Origin: Candidatus Undinarchaeota archaeon
GTDB taxonomy: Archaea > Undinarchaeota > Undinarchaeia > Undinarchaeales > JALTGF01
NCBI GenBank assembly: GCA_964574035.1
Contig: CAZNLD010000005.1
Coordinates: 1 to 62,719 of the forward strand
Direction of reading: 5' to 3'
Length of the DNA: 62,719 nt
The notes beneath the pieces were generated by a model, which saw nothing but the letters and a program-made list of their open reading frames with translations, searched no databases and had not been told where the DNA came from. The position numbers and the translations under genes were made by a program. Each line of letters opens with the position of its first letter. The stretch's first letter is position 1. This document shows positions 45,525-56,007 of this stretch, piece after piece.

Positions 45525-46765
45525 CCAAACAAAAGAATTAACAAGAAAGTGGAAAAACCGGTATAATACAACACGACTGGAAAAATAAAAAATCCCATAC
45601 ATTCTGCTCTTCTCACACCAATTAAAGGAGGGATTAGGCCAATTAGAGTTCCTAAAACAACTATACCTAGTCCCTGAAAACCAGTTAATAGAAAAATAAT
45701 TAAGATAATGAAACAAATTATGAGAATTGTATATTTTCTATAATTTTCCATATCAATATCACTCAGCATCCTGGCCATTTTTATTCCAATTTTAAAGTGA
45801 AGAAACGTAGCAATCCCTCCTGCAGTTAAAATTACACCAAGCAGAATAATCAATTCTTGAAATCCAAAAAATCCCAAAATATCGTTGACAGCAATTACGA
45901 TCCCAGAGCGCATTTTCTGAATCGTATACATTACAACAAGCGGAATGATTATGTTGGAGGTATTAACGCCCGAAACCGCCACTAAAAATTCTTTGCTGCT
46001 GGACCTCTTTGAAACCTGCTGAACCATATATGCAGCCTGCGCGGAGCCAATGCCTGGAAATAAGCCGACAAGCATGCCTGCAAAACCTCCTAACATAGAA
46101 TTTTTAAACATTTTCTTAAAACTCAGGCTAATGCCAGTATCTTCTTGAACCGGAATAAAAACCTCATTTTTCAGGCTTAATAATAATGTACTAATTCCAA
46201 ACATTCCTGAAAGAGCAGGAAATATTCCGTTAATACCTAAAAATGAGTTGAATAAAAGAAAGCCAAACATGCCTGCTAAAAGAAAAATTAAAAAGGCACT
46301 AAACGGCTTCTTCTCAAAAAACAGGCCGACCAAAACAAAGAAAATCAAAATGAATGGAAGTAGATTTTCAATTCCAGAATAAATTAAAGGGATTATTTTA
46401 ACCATAATAAGAAAAATCCCTGAAGTAAGAAGAAGTGAAAATAAGGAACCTATTCCAGTCAATTTAATGGCTTCAATTGCTTCTCCGTCCAGAAGCATTC
46501 TATGACCGGGAAGAACAGACATAACAGTATCTTCATTTGGGGCTCCCAAAAGAATAGAAGGAATAAAATCAAGAAACGAGTGGACCACTGCCATTGAAAT
46601 AATGCCGGAAGCTACTGAAAGCAAATTAAAATTGGAAATAAACGGAATCCCTGCAATCAAAAGAACTGAAACAGTATTTATATGGAGCCCCGGAATTAAT
46701 CCAGTTAATACGCCGAGAAGACAACCAAATAAAATAAACAGTAAAATTTCAAAAAGAAGGCTCAT
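45521..46765 (-). CDS. DUF112/TctA-like integral membrane protein
   Basis: Repeated GLIPGLH and GLFPGIGSAQAAY motifs, more than 10 TM helices. Confidence 0.6.
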   Translation of the reverse strand: MSLLFEILLFILFGCLLGVLTGLIPGLHINTVSVLLIAGIPFISNFNLLSVASGIISMAVVHSFLDFIPSILLGAPNEDTVMSVLPGHRMLLDGEAIEAIKLTGIGSLFSLLLTSGIFLIMVKIIPLIYSGIENLLPFILIFFVLVGLFFEKKPFSAFLIFLLAGMFGFLLFNSFLGINGIFPALSGMFGISTLLLSLKNEVFIPVQEDTGISLSFKKMFKNSMLGGFAGMLVGLFPGIGSAQAAYMVQQVSKRSSSKEFLVAVSGVNTSNIIIPLVVMYTIQKMRSGIVIAVNDILGFFGFQELIILLGVILTAGGIATFLHFKIGIKMARMLSDIDMENYRKYTILIICFIILIIFLLTGFQGLGIVVLGTLIGLIPPLIGVRRAECMGFFIFPVVLYYTGFSTFLLILLFG

Positions 46766-47112
46766 TTAATCTGCACCTCATCCGGTCGATTGGGAACGAT
46801 TTCAAGTTTTCCTTTATAGTCTTTTACAGCTCCTTTTACTGAGATTAAAGCTCCCTTGTAAACATCAGAAGCAAATTCTTCCGGAGTAAAAATAACAATT
46901 TCAGTATTTTCAAGCTGAATCAGGACGGACTCTTCAATTTTTCTTATATTCGCTACTTTTCCTTCAATTTTTACATATTCATCTATGTATTCAGAATTAA
47001 TTTCATTTAAATCAACAAGCTCCGGTTCAACTAAAGAAATGCCGAAATACAGAACAAAAATACCAATTAAAGAACCGAATATACTAATTGTTAGTATAGC
47101 ATTTTCTTCCAT
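46762..47112 (-). CDS. Membrane-anchored OB-fold protein
   Basis: N-terminal TM then VKIEGKVANIRK...ISVKGAVKDYKGKLEI (tRNA_anti-like OB pattern). 4-nt overlap with the DUF112 gene. Confidence 0.55.
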   Translation of the reverse strand: MEENAILTISIFGSLIGIFVLYFGISLVEPELVDLNEINSEYIDEYVKIEGKVANIRKIEESVLIQLENTEIVIFTPEEFASDVYKGALISVKGAVKDYKGKLEIVPNRPDEVQIK

Positions 47113-47173
47113 AAAAAGATAGCAGAGCTGGAAGTTTATAAAAGTGATTTAACTGGGCTGAGTTAATTGGTAT

Positions 47174-47671
47174 TTACTTTTTTGTAGTACTTTTTAGATA
47201 CTGTCTTGCTTTTTTAACTTTACAAATAGCATTCATAATTCGTGCAATATCCATGGATGATTCATAATCATTTGTATGTTTTTCAACCTGCTCCATAATT
47301 TTGCCAATTGAGTCGCAGTCACTGAAAGTAACTCCAAATCCAAAATCACGTCCGTTTTCTCTGCCTTTTAACATTTTTAAATATTTACGAAGCCATTTTA
47401 TCGAATTCTTGGTTTTTTCATCTTTCCACCCATACTCCTCTAGTATTTCTTCCTTTTTCTTGAGCATTTTAAGAAGTTTTTCTGCTTTTGTCCAGTCTTT
47501 ATCTCCTGTTTTTACGGCTTCATCTCTCATGGAATCTATAGCGTCATCTTTCAAATCTTCAATTTCTTTAAAAGTATCCTCAATGGTTTTAACTCCTTTC
47601 TTGTCTTTCTTAAGCCTCTTCATGATTTTTTCTTTTTCTCTTTCAGACATACTGCTAATGTTTTTTACCAT
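47174..47671 (-). CDS. Hypothetical K/E-rich protein
   Basis: 165-aa ORF, preferred over the S/F-rich antisense ORF 47301-47684. Confidence 0.45.
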   Translation of the reverse strand: MVKNISSMSEREKEKIMKRLKKDKKGVKTIEDTFKEIEDLKDDAIDSMRDEAVKTGDKDWTKAEKLLKMLKKKEEILEEYGWKDEKTKNSIKWLRKYLKMLKGRENGRDFGFGVTFSDCDSIGKIMEQVEKHTNDYESSMDIARIMNAICKVKKARQYLKSTTKK

Positions 47672-47698
47672 ATTAAAAAAATAAGTGTCTTTTAATTC

Positions 47699-48280
47699 TT
47701 ATATATCTTTCTTAAGTTTAAATTTGAACAAAATTTCATATTTTGGCCCTTTCGGTCCCTTTAAAATACTCTCCTTTACATTAATCTCATCAACTTTAAT
47801 TTTTCCAAAACTAGTTTCTTTATATTTATCTAAAATTTCCAAAACTTTTTCTTTTCCTTTTTTATTTTTCATTCTGCCAATGGTTACATGCGGAATAAAT
47901 TTCCTATTGTCCCTTTTTCCAACTCGTATATATTTATCAACTCTTTTTTTCAATTCCATAAGTTCAGGACATTTTTCTGCCCCTACCCAGATAACTTTAA
48001 TATATTCTCTGGTTGGAAAAACACCAGTTCCTTTTAATTTCAGTTCAAAAGATTTCGTTTCTTTCGCCGCCTTTTCAAGTCCTTTTTCAACTTCTTTCAG
48101 TTCCTTTTCAGAAACATTTCCTAAAAATCTGGGCGTCAAATGCAGATTTTCCAGCTCAACAAATTTAATATCAGCATTAATTTCTTTCAGTTCTTCAATT
48201 AATCCATTTATCTTTTCTTTCTGCTCTTCTCCCAACTCAATATTTACAAAACATCTAACCATAAATTTTATTACACGCAA
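47699..48280 (-). CDS. thpR: RNA 2',3'-cyclic phosphodiesterase / 2'-5' RNA ligase (2H family)
   Basis: Two HxT motifs, HLTPRFLG and HVTIGR. Confidence 0.85.
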   Translation of the reverse strand: MRVIKFMVRCFVNIELGEEQKEKINGLIEELKEINADIKFVELENLHLTPRFLGNVSEKELKEVEKGLEKAAKETKSFELKLKGTGVFPTREYIKVIWVGAEKCPELMELKKRVDKYIRVGKRDNRKFIPHVTIGRMKNKKGKEKVLEILDKYKETSFGKIKVDEINVKESILKGPKGPKYEILFKFKLKKDI

Positions 48281-48314
48281 ACTTTAAAAAGCATATTGGT
48301 CAAGCAAATACAAC

Positions 48315-48626
48315 ATGACAACTAAATTAACAGACAAAAATTTCAAAGAAAAAACAAAAGAGGGAAATTGGGTGATTGACTGCTGGGCTTCATGGTGCGG
48401 ACCATGCCAGATGTTCGGCCCTATCTTCGAGGAAGCAGACAAAGAAGTAGATTCAGTTAATTTCGGAAAGCTCAATGTTGACGAAAATAAAGAGACTGCA
48501 GGAAAGTTTGGCGTAATGTCAATCCCTACTGTCCTATATATGAAAGACGGAGAAGTGGTTGACAAGTCAATGGGCGCCCTTCCAAAAGAACAGCTGATCT
48601 CAAAAATAAATTCTGTATTTGAATAA
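48315..48626 (+). CDS. trxA: Thioredoxin
   Basis: WASWCGPC active site, 103 aa. Confidence 0.9.
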   Translation: MTTKLTDKNFKEKTKEGNWVIDCWASWCGPCQMFGPIFEEADKEVDSVNFGKLNVDENKETAGKFGVMSIPTVLYMKDGEVVDKSMGALPKEQLISKINSVFE

Positions 48627-48627
48627 G

Positions 48628-49005
48628 TCAGCTTTTAATTTCTTTTACAATAACTTTTCTAGTCCTCGGACCGTCCAGCTCGGCAAAGAAAACAGACTGC
48701 CATGTTCCCAAATCTATTTTCCCATTATTTACAGGAACAACAACTGAATTCCCAAGTAAAATTCCTCTCAAATGTGAATCTGCATTCCCTTCCTGTCTGT
48801 CATGTTTCCATCTGCCTTTTTCAACAACAGATTCGAGCATTTTCTTAATATCTTCTAAAAGTTTAGGTTCATTTTCATTAATAAACAGTCCAGTGGTAGT
48901 ATGCGGTGAATAAACAACTAAAATACCTTCTTCAATACTTGGATTTAACCGGTCTGTTAGGTCTATTAAATCTACTCTGGAGTCAGAATTAACCTTTAAG
49001 TCCAT
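48628..49005 (-). CDS. YjbQ/UPF0047 family protein
   Basis: SPHTTTGLFINENE, GNADSHL, GTWQ. Confidence 0.8.
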   Translation of the reverse strand: MDLKVNSDSRVDLIDLTDRLNPSIEEGILVVYSPHTTTGLFINENEPKLLEDIKKMLESVVEKGRWKHDRQEGNADSHLRGILLGNSVVVPVNNGKIDLGTWQSVFFAELDGPRTRKVIVKEIKS

Positions 49006-49009
49006 ACAG

Positions 49010-49267
49010 TTAAATTACGTCTTGTTCGTTTACCAGAACAAAGTCGCCGACTGCGGTAACTGCGCTGAAAGGAAGCAAAAGCCTTCCCTGCCGGTCTCTA
49101 ACCAAGTCCTCAAAATGAGCAACAATGTACTTGGTTGGCTCAACTAGTATGTTAATGAGTTCTCCGGTAGTTACGTCAACTGTTATGTCCAGAACTTTGC
49201 CGAACATTCGGCCGCCTTCTGAAACTACTGTCTTTGATTGTACTTCTTTAAACGGAATTTGTGCCAT
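49010..49267 (-). CDS. PRC-barrel domain protein
   Basis: GGRMFGKVLDITVDVTTGELINILVE ... LLLPFSAVTAVGDFVLV. Confidence 0.65.
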   Translation of the reverse strand: MAQIPFKEVQSKTVVSEGGRMFGKVLDITVDVTTGELINILVEPTKYIVAHFEDLVRDRQGRLLLPFSAVTAVGDFVLVNEQDVI

Positions 49268-49275
49268 TTTTTACC

Positions 49276-49839
49276 TCAAGGACTCTTTTGTGCCGTCGCT
49301 TTTATAAACTTTTCTAATACTTTGTTTATATCTTTTTCAAACTCTGCCTTTGAACCTTCATTAATTATGTATTCTTCCCCCATAACAATCGTGCCAGCAT
49401 GATTCAGCCCCTGGATTTCAGCATCATCTCTTGATTTACATTCTTTTAAAGTCAAGGGTCTTATTTCCCTATTCATCAATCTCTTGTATCTGGTTTCAGG
49501 AGAAACTAAAATAGAAATAGCTTTGAAATTTTTCCCGTATTTTTCATTCAAAAATAAATATTCTTCATAACTTCTTACGCCGTCAAAGATAACTTTATCC
49601 AATCCCTTCTTTTCAGCCCGTTCAGCCGCTCTTTCTGCATAAACAGCCATGCCTCCTTCTTTTCTTAAACTTTCTCTAACTTCTTTCTCATTTTTTTCAT
49701 TAGTTTCAAGTCCTCTTTTTTTCAGTTCAATATCTGTAAGATCGCCCAGCCTAACGATTTCAATTCCTTTTTCTTTTGCATATTCAGACGCCAAACTTTT
49801 TCCGGAGCCCGGCATACCTGCAAACGCCAGTATTTTCAT
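49276..49839 (-). CDS. P-loop nucleotide kinase (UPF0200 / dephospho-CoA-kinase-like)
   Basis: MKILAFAGMPGSGKS Walker A, about 187 aa kinase-like layout. Confidence 0.6.
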   Translation of the reverse strand: MKILAFAGMPGSGKSLASEYAKEKGIEIVRLGDLTDIELKKRGLETNEKNEKEVRESLRKEGGMAVYAERAAERAEKKGLDKVIFDGVRSYEEYLFLNEKYGKNFKAISILVSPETRYKRLMNREIRPLTLKECKSRDDAEIQGLNHAGTIVMGEEYIINEGSKAEFEKDINKVLEKFIKATAQKSP

Positions 49840-49950
49840 TTCAAAAAGCTTTTATATCTTGTACTATATATTTAATTTGGAGATTGGCATAAAACCCGTT
49901 ATTTTTTTGGGAGAAGGGGCTTTCACTTATTTTTTAGCCTCCTTTCCACT

Positions 49951-51198
49951 TTAAATCAAGAAAGTTGTAGCTAATACTAAAAATACAAAAAATCCAACTA
50001 CATCTGTCAGGGTTGTTATAAATATACTGGAAGCAGATGCAGGATCAAGATTCAATTTTTTCAAAGTTAATGGTATTATAGTCCCTGCACTGCATGCAAT
50101 TAGTAAATTAATAATTAAAGACGCCCAGACAATAACACCGAGAAGCCACATACCATTTATAGCATAAGCAACAAGAGCAACAATTAACCCCGTTATAGCT
50201 CCGTCGATTATTCCGGCTCCCATTTCTCTTAATAAAATTCTGACTTCATTTTTCTTTTTAATTTCTTTCAAAACAAGACCTCTGACAACAATAGCCAAAG
50301 TCTGAATGCCTGCGTTTCCTCCCATCCCTGCAACAATCGGCAGATAAACTGCCAAAATAACATATTTTGAAATGGTTTCCTGAAATAATCCAATAACTGA
50401 AGCAGCAATAAATGCAGTGACTAAATTGATTATTAGCCATTTATATCTGTATTTTACCTTAGTGAACATGTTGTCTAATATATCTTCTTCCCGATTAACT
50501 CCTGCGAACCCATACAAATCTTCAGTAGTTTCTTTCTGAATTACGTCAAGTAGGTCTTTTGCATAAATAACACCAATAACAGAACCGTCGTCATCATAAA
50601 CCACTACCCTTCCATGAGGATGTTTTTTAATAACTTTCAAACATTCTCTGTGTTTTGCATCATATTCTATGCAGGGAATATCTGAAATAAGGTCTTTTAT
50701 TTTAGTTTTCTTTGTCACCATTACTTCGTGCAGGGGTATCTCTCCTTTTAAATTTCCATTATCGAAAACCAAAATAACCGGCTCCTTCCCAGTTCTTTCA
50801 ACATGTTTTTCAACATGTTCATAAACTTCATCAACAGTTGCATCTTCATGGACTTCTATATAATCAATATTCATCATTCCCGCAGCTCTTTTTGGATAAA
50901 AATTAAAGAAGAATTCTGATTTTTCTTTTAATTCAACTTTCAATTCCTCAAGAATTTTTTTCCTCTGTCTTTTACTTAAGCTATCTAAAATATCTTCAAT
51001 TTCATCAGGGTCAAGAAAATGGCATAATTTTTTAATTTCTTCCTTTTTCATGCTCTTCAAAATTTTCTTTCTCAGTTTTTTGTCAACATTCAAAAGAATA
51101 AAGCCCTGTTCGCTTGGAGGAACATCTTTAAAAATTTCAAGTTTATTCTTTTTAGTTTTCAAATCCTTAATTATTTTGGAAAGTTCACTTTTGACCAT
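49951..51198 (-). CDS. mgtE: Magnesium transporter MgtE
   Basis: N-domain, CBS pair, TM domain with PIVAGMGGNAGIQT signature. Confidence 0.9.
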   Translation of the reverse strand: MVKSELSKIIKDLKTKKNKLEIFKDVPPSEQGFILLNVDKKLRKKILKSMKKEEIKKLCHFLDPDEIEDILDSLSKRQRKKILEELKVELKEKSEFFFNFYPKRAAGMMNIDYIEVHEDATVDEVYEHVEKHVERTGKEPVILVFDNGNLKGEIPLHEVMVTKKTKIKDLISDIPCIEYDAKHRECLKVIKKHPHGRVVVYDDDGSVIGVIYAKDLLDVIQKETTEDLYGFAGVNREEDILDNMFTKVKYRYKWLIINLVTAFIAASVIGLFQETISKYVILAVYLPIVAGMGGNAGIQTLAIVVRGLVLKEIKKKNEVRILLREMGAGIIDGAITGLIVALVAYAINGMWLLGVIVWASLIINLLIACSAGTIIPLTLKKLNLDPASASSIFITTLTDVVGFFVFLVLATTFLI

Positions 51199-51284
51199 GC
51201 ATCAACTTACATTTAATTGTTTTATATCTTTTTTCAAAACCCTAAACTATTTATTACTTGAAAAGCACTTTACATGCCCCAATT

Positions 51285-53879
51285 ATGACTATAAAATTTA
51301 AAGAGAAGCCCGCTACAGATGAAACGATCTTATCTGAATTAGATCCTTTAGTCCGAAAATGGTTTAAAAAAAAGTTTGGAACGTTTTCAAAACCTCAGAA
51401 GTACGGCATTCTGCCAATTCACCGGGGTGAAAATATACTTGTTTCAGCTCCAACTGGCTCCGGAAAGACCCTTCTTGCATTCCTCTCAATTTTAAATGAA
51501 TTAATCGTTCTTGCTAAAAAAGACAAGCTTGAGGATAAGATTTACTGCCTGTATGCTTCCCCGCTTAAAGCTTTGTCAAGAGACATAGAAGTAAATCTAA
51601 AAGAGCCATTGGAGGAAATGGAAGAAATACACGGCGAACCTCTTGGAATTAGAGTTGCAGCAAGAACAGGAGATACCAGCCAGTACGAAAGGCAGAAAAT
51701 GTTGAAAAAACCTCCGCACATTTTAATTACGACTCCTGAAACATTAGGAATTGTTCTGGTTGCCCCTAAATTTAAAAAGAAAATGATGGACATTGATTGG
51801 GTAATTATAGATGAAATCCATGCTCTTGCCCCAAATAAAAGAGGAGTGCATCTTTCATTATCTTTAGAAAGACTTCAAAATCTGGCAGGTCCTTATGTAA
51901 GAATTGGTTTAAGTGCAACAGTTGCTCCTCTTGAAGAAATTGCAAAATATCTGGTTGGATATGAAAAAGGAAAACTAAGGGACTGTTTAATAGTTGATGT
52001 TCAGTTTACAAAGGAGCTTGATTTAAAGGTATTGAGTCCGGTAAAAAACATAATCAGCGCCTCTCAGGATGAAATGCATGAAGGTTTGTATGAATTAATG
52101 GATGACCTAATTCAGGAGCATAGAACTACGCTTGTTTTCACAAATACACGGTCTGCAACTGAAAGAGTAGTGCACCACTTAAAGACAAAATTCCCGGAAA
52201 AGTATGTTGAAAACATAGGTGCGCACCATTCCAGCTTATCAAAAGAACATAGGCTGGACATTGAGCAGAAATTGAGAGAGGGAGAATTAAAATCCGTTGT
52301 CTGCTCAACCTCTCTTGAACTTGGAATAGATATAGGTTATATTGATTTAGTTATTCTTTTAGGAAGTCCAAAATCAGTGGCAAGGGCTTTGCAAAGAGTA
52401 GGAAGGTCCGGCCACCAATTACACGACAAAATAAAGGGAAGATTCATTGTAATGGATAGGGATGATTTGGTTGAATGCGCAGTCATGCTTAAAGACGCAG
52501 TTGAAAAGAAAATTGACAGGATAAATATACCAAGAAATGCACTTGATGTCCTTTCCCAGCAGATTTACGGCATTGCAATTGAAAGCCAGCAGCATATTGA
52601 AACTGTTTATGATTTAGTAAAGAGAAGCTACTGCTACCATGATTTAGAAAGAGATGAATTCATGTCAGTTGTTGACTACTTAACAGGAGAATTTGCGTCT
52701 CTTGAAGACAGAAATGTCTATGCAAAAATATGGCATAACAAAGAAAAAGGATTAATTGGAAGAAGAGGAAGGCTTGCCAGAGCAATTTATTCAACAAATA
52801 TTGGAACAATTCCGGACGAATCTTATTTGACAGTTAAGCAAAAAGACGAGCCGATTGGAAAAGTTGAAGAAGCTTTTTTAGAAAGAATTAAAAAAGGAGA
52901 CATCTTCGTTCTCGGAGGAAAAACATACAGGTTTAATTATGCCAGAGGAATGACAATTCAGGTAACTCCTCAGCCCAATAAAGTTCCTACTGTTCCCAGC
53001 TGGTTCTCTGAAATGCTTCCTTTGAGCTATGACCTTGCTGTTGAAATTCAAAAATTCAGGAGAAAAATGGAGGAGCAGTTCAAAGCCGAAAAGTCAGAAA
53101 AAGAAATTAAGAAATTCATTAATAACTATTTGTATCTGAATGAATATGCAGTTAATTCAATTTATCAGTATTTCAAGGAGCAGTATCTATATGCAGAAAT
53201 TCCTCATGATAAAAAAATGGTAATTGAATTCTATCACGGTTTCTCAGATAAGAAATATGTAATTTTTCATTCTCTATATGGAAGAAGAACAAACGACGCC
53301 CTGTCAAGAGCAGTTGCTTATCTAATTTCAAATGTTAAGAGAAAGAATATTGCGATCAACTTAACAGATAACGGTTTTTATCTAACGACAAATTCAGGAA
53401 AACTGCAGGTTTTGCAGGCCCTCAAAAAACTAAAGTCTAAAAATCTAAGAGAAATACTGGAAAAAGCAGTTGAAAAAACAGAAATTTTAAGAAGGAGATT
53501 CAGGCACTGCGCCGGGCGGTCTTTAATGATTTTAAGAAATTATAAAGGGAGAAAGAAGAGCGCAGGAAGACAGCAGGTCAGCTCTAAAATTTTGTTGAGC
53601 GCGGTAAGGAGAGTTTCGAATGATTTTCCTATTTTAAAAGAAGCAAGAAGAGAAGTCCTTGAAGACTTAATGGACGTAAAAAATGCAGAAAAAGTACTGA
53701 AAAAACTGGAAAAAGAAAAAATCGAAGTAAAAATAATCGCAACAGATGTTCCAAGCCCCTTTGCATTAAATTTAATTGCAAGAGGATACATGGATATATT
53801 AAAAACGGAGGACCGCCTGGAATTTGTCAGAAGGCTACATGAAACGGTTCTGGAACGGATTGGGCCATATGAAGTTTAA
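51285..53879 (+). CDS. lhr: Lhr-like ATP-dependent DEAD/DEAH-box helicase
   Basis: [25 protein letters not shown], long Lhr-type C-terminal domain. ATG at 51285. Confidence 0.85.
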   Translation: MTIKFKEKPATDETILSELDPLVRKWFKKKFGTFSKPQKYGILPIHRGENILVSAPTGSGKTLLAFLSILNELIVLAKKDKLEDKIYCLYASPLKALSRDIEVNLKEPLEEMEEIHGEPLGIRVAARTGDTSQYERQKMLKKPPHILITTPETLGIVLVAPKFKKKMMDIDWVIIDEIHALAPNKRGVHLSLSLERLQNLAGPYVRIGLSATVAPLEEIAKYLVGYEKGKLRDCLIVDVQFTKELDLKVLSPVKNIISASQDEMHEGLYELMDDLIQEHRTTLVFTNTRSATERVVHHLKTKFPEKYVENIGAHHSSLSKEHRLDIEQKLREGELKSVVCSTSLELGIDIGYIDLVILLGSPKSVARALQRVGRSGHQLHDKIKGRFIVMDRDDLVECAVMLKDAVEKKIDRINIPRNALDVLSQQIYGIAIESQQHIETVYDLVKRSYCYHDLERDEFMSVVDYLTGEFASLEDRNVYAKIWHNKEKGLIGRRGRLARAIYSTNIGTIPDESYLTVKQKDEPIGKVEEAFLERIKKGDIFVLGGKTYRFNYARGMTIQVTPQPNKVPTVPSWFSEMLPLSYDLAVEIQKFRRKMEEQFKAEKSEKEIKKFINNYLYLNEYAVNSIYQYFKEQYLYAEIPHDKKMVIEFYHGFSDKKYVIFHSLYGRRTNDALSRAVAYLISNVKRKNIAINLTDNGFYLTTNSGKLQVLQALKKLKSKNLREILEKAVEKTEILRRRFRHCAGRSLMILRNYKGRKKSAGRQQVSSKILLSAVRRVSNDFPILKEARREVLEDLMDVKNAEKVLKKLEKEKIEVKIIATDVPSPFALNLIARGYMDILKTEDRLEFVRRLHETVLERIGPYEV

Positions 53880-53944
53880 TAACCCTTAATTAACTCACTT
53901 CAGTTAAATTAATTTTATAAAGCAAGCACGCAACACTTTTTTTT

Positions 53945-54367
53945 ATGGCAGAGTTAATCTATCTAGATACTAATATATACCTTGATTACTGGGAAAACCG
54001 CTCTGATAAAATGCGGCCGCTTGGAGATTATGCATTCAATGTTCTAAAGAGAGCGCTTAAATGCGAATTCATTATTATAACTTCAAATTTGGTTTTCAAA
54101 GAATTGGATGGAAAAATAAGTAATCTAGCCATAGAAAACATTTTCAATAAACTGGATGCCACCAATAAGCTGGAAAGAATCTCACAACACGAGACAGATA
54201 TTGTAAAAGCCCGTGAAATTGCAAAAACCAGAAATACTCATCCTGCAGATGTTTTACATGCAATCCTTGCCAAGCGAGCTGGTGCAAAATACCTGATAAC
54301 CAGAAACCAAGCAGATTTTGAAGAATTAGATTTTATCATCGAAGCCGTATTTCCTGAAGATATCTGA
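53945..54367 (+). CDS. PIN-domain protein (VapC-like)
   Basis: IYLDTNIY (first acidic residue), KELD, ADVLHA, LITRNQADF. Confidence 0.7.
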   Translation: MAELIYLDTNIYLDYWENRSDKMRPLGDYAFNVLKRALKCEFIIITSNLVFKELDGKISNLAIENIFNKLDATNKLERISQHETDIVKAREIAKTRNTHPADVLHAILAKRAGAKYLITRNQADFEELDFIIEAVFPEDI

Positions 54368-54619
54368 CGGTTTTTCGTTTGCCAGTTCTTCAAAAATCCT
54401 GTCTCTTTCTTTTTTTGTCGGCCTCTTTATATTTTTAACACTTCCAAACTGTTTTTTGAGTTCAATCAGAGCTTCGTGTTTCCTTTTTTCCTGAATTGCA
54501 TTTCTAATGGCTTCCAGACTGAATTCCTGCGGACTTCTGTATCCATCTTCTTTAACATAGTGTTTAATTTCCTTATACAGCTTGTCCGGAACCCTCATAT
54601 GAATTAATTTATTTGTCAT
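54326..54619 (-). CDS. Ribbon-helix-helix (CopG-like) protein
   Basis: LIHMRVPDKLYKEIKHYVKEDGYRSPQEFSLEAIRNAI is an RHH pattern. Its 3' end overlaps the PIN gene 3' end by 42 nt. Confidence 0.6.
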   Translation of the reverse strand: MTNKLIHMRVPDKLYKEIKHYVKEDGYRSPQEFSLEAIRNAIQEKRKHEALIELKKQFGSVKNIKRPTKKERDRIFEELANEKPSDIFRKYGFDDKI

Positions 54620-54706
54620 TGTTCTGTTCTGATACTTTTTGTTCTCTTTTGATATTTATAGTTTTCTGTAGAAAAACTAATTTATTAGGACGTTAATTGT
54701 TTATTC

Positions 54707-55438
54707 ATGATTTTAGCTAAAGGCATAGAGGCAGTTGGTCCGTCTATTTTTCTCAAAAAAGAGAAAACATTAGTCATATCTGATTTACACTTAGGAATAG
54801 AAAGCAGTATGCATAAATCTGGGTTTTTAGTGCCAAGATTCCAGTTTAAAGAAATAAAATCAAAACTGGAAAAAACTTTTGAAGAAGTCTCCCCTGAAAA
54901 AATTATAATCAACGGCGACTTCAAACATGAGTTCGGTAGAATTCCAAAACAGGAGTGGAGAGAAGGCCTTAGAATGATTGATTTCCTGCTTGAAAATAGT
55001 TCAGAATTGATTTTAACAAAAGGAAACCACGATCCTGTTTTATTCCCAATTGCAGAAAAAAGAAATGTTCCAATTAAAGAAGACGGTATTTTAATTGGAA
55101 AAACCTACATAACCCACGGCGATAAAATTCCTGAAAATAAATATTTTGAAAAGGCAGAAACTGTAATTATAGGCGACGTTCATCCGGCAGTCAGCTTGTC
55201 AGATGAAGGAGCAAGTGAAATCTATAAATGCTACCTTCTTGGAAAGTTCAAAAACAAAAAACTAATTGTCCAGCCGAGCATGTCTCAATCATCAATTGGT
55301 TCAGATATACTAAAAGAAAAAGCAAGGAGTCCGTTCTTAAATCAGGATTTAAGCAATTTCAATGTATTTGTAGTTGCCGATGAAATTTTACATTTTGGAA
55401 AAGTAAAAACTCTTAAGAAGCAACAGCGACACGAGTAA
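54707..55438 (+). CDS. Archaeal calcineurin-like metallophosphoesterase
   Basis: ISDLHLG, INGDFKHEF, GNHD, THGD, GDVHP. Confidence 0.8.
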   Translation: MILAKGIEAVGPSIFLKKEKTLVISDLHLGIESSMHKSGFLVPRFQFKEIKSKLEKTFEEVSPEKIIINGDFKHEFGRIPKQEWREGLRMIDFLLENSSELILTKGNHDPVLFPIAEKRNVPIKEDGILIGKTYITHGDKIPENKYFEKAETVIIGDVHPAVSLSDEGASEIYKCYLLGKFKNKKLIVQPSMSQSSIGSDILKEKARSPFLNQDLSNFNVFVVADEILHFGKVKTLKKQQRHE

Positions 55439-55511
55439 GCTTACTTATTGTTGAGTTCAAAAATCATTTATCCTTATTGATACATTTAAATATATTTTTA
55501 CATATCGATTC

Positions 55512-55652
55512 TTATTTACCAGTAGCCAAGTTCATCCTGCTAAAGTAGGGGCAGTTTTCTTCGTTCTCGCAGGCTTTTTTGAGTAGAAAACATTCCTTTT
55601 TATTTTCTTTAGTTCCTTTAAACCTACATTTTGATTTTTGACCTTTTTTCAT
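55512..55652 (-). CDS. Possible 46-aa basic Cys-rich micro-protein (not in ORF track)
   Basis: Own translation: MKKGQKSKCRFKGTKENKKECFLLKKACENEENCPYFSRMNLATGK, four Cys. Lies in the 329-bp gap upstream of the surface locus. Confidence 0.25.
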   Translation of the reverse strand: MKKGQKSKCRFKGTKENKKECFLLKKACENEENCPYFSRMNLATGK

Positions 55653-55767
55653 TTTTCTTTATGTATTATTTTTTTGTTAGTTTAGTTTTTATTCTTATCT
55701 CTTTTACAGTCTTTTTAATAACCTAAACCCTTAAATATATATCTGACTATTACTTTTTAGAGTAGTA

Positions 55768-56007
55768 ATGAAAAAAGAAATAACAAATGAATTGCTTGCA
55801 GTGTTATTTGTAATCGCAATTGTTGTTTCACTTGCCGGAACTTATCTTGTTTTAAGTAACGTAGTTTCAGCACCTATTGAAATAACAATCCCGCAAAGCT
55901 CGGACAGCGGTGTTATAAATCTATACGTCATGCCGGAGCCTGCGGATGAAGATGCTCAAGTTACACTAAATGTAGTTAACAATTCGTCTGAGGAGGGGAC
56001 CCCATGA
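55768..56007 (+). CDS. Small secreted/anchored protein, first gene of the surface locus
   Basis: N-terminal hydrophobic helix LLAVLFVIAIVVSLAGTYLVL then a short beta-rich, acidic segment. ATGA overlap with the next gene. Confidence 0.6.
   Translation: MKKEITNELLAVLFVIAIVVSLAGTYLVLSNVVSAPIEITIPQSSDSGVINLYVMPEPADEDAQVTLNVVNNSSEEGTP

Noticed and set aside
47685-48287. 200-aa + strand ORF
   Set aside because: It is antisense to the 2H phosphoesterase gene, which carries both HxT motifs, and its translation is S/F-rich.
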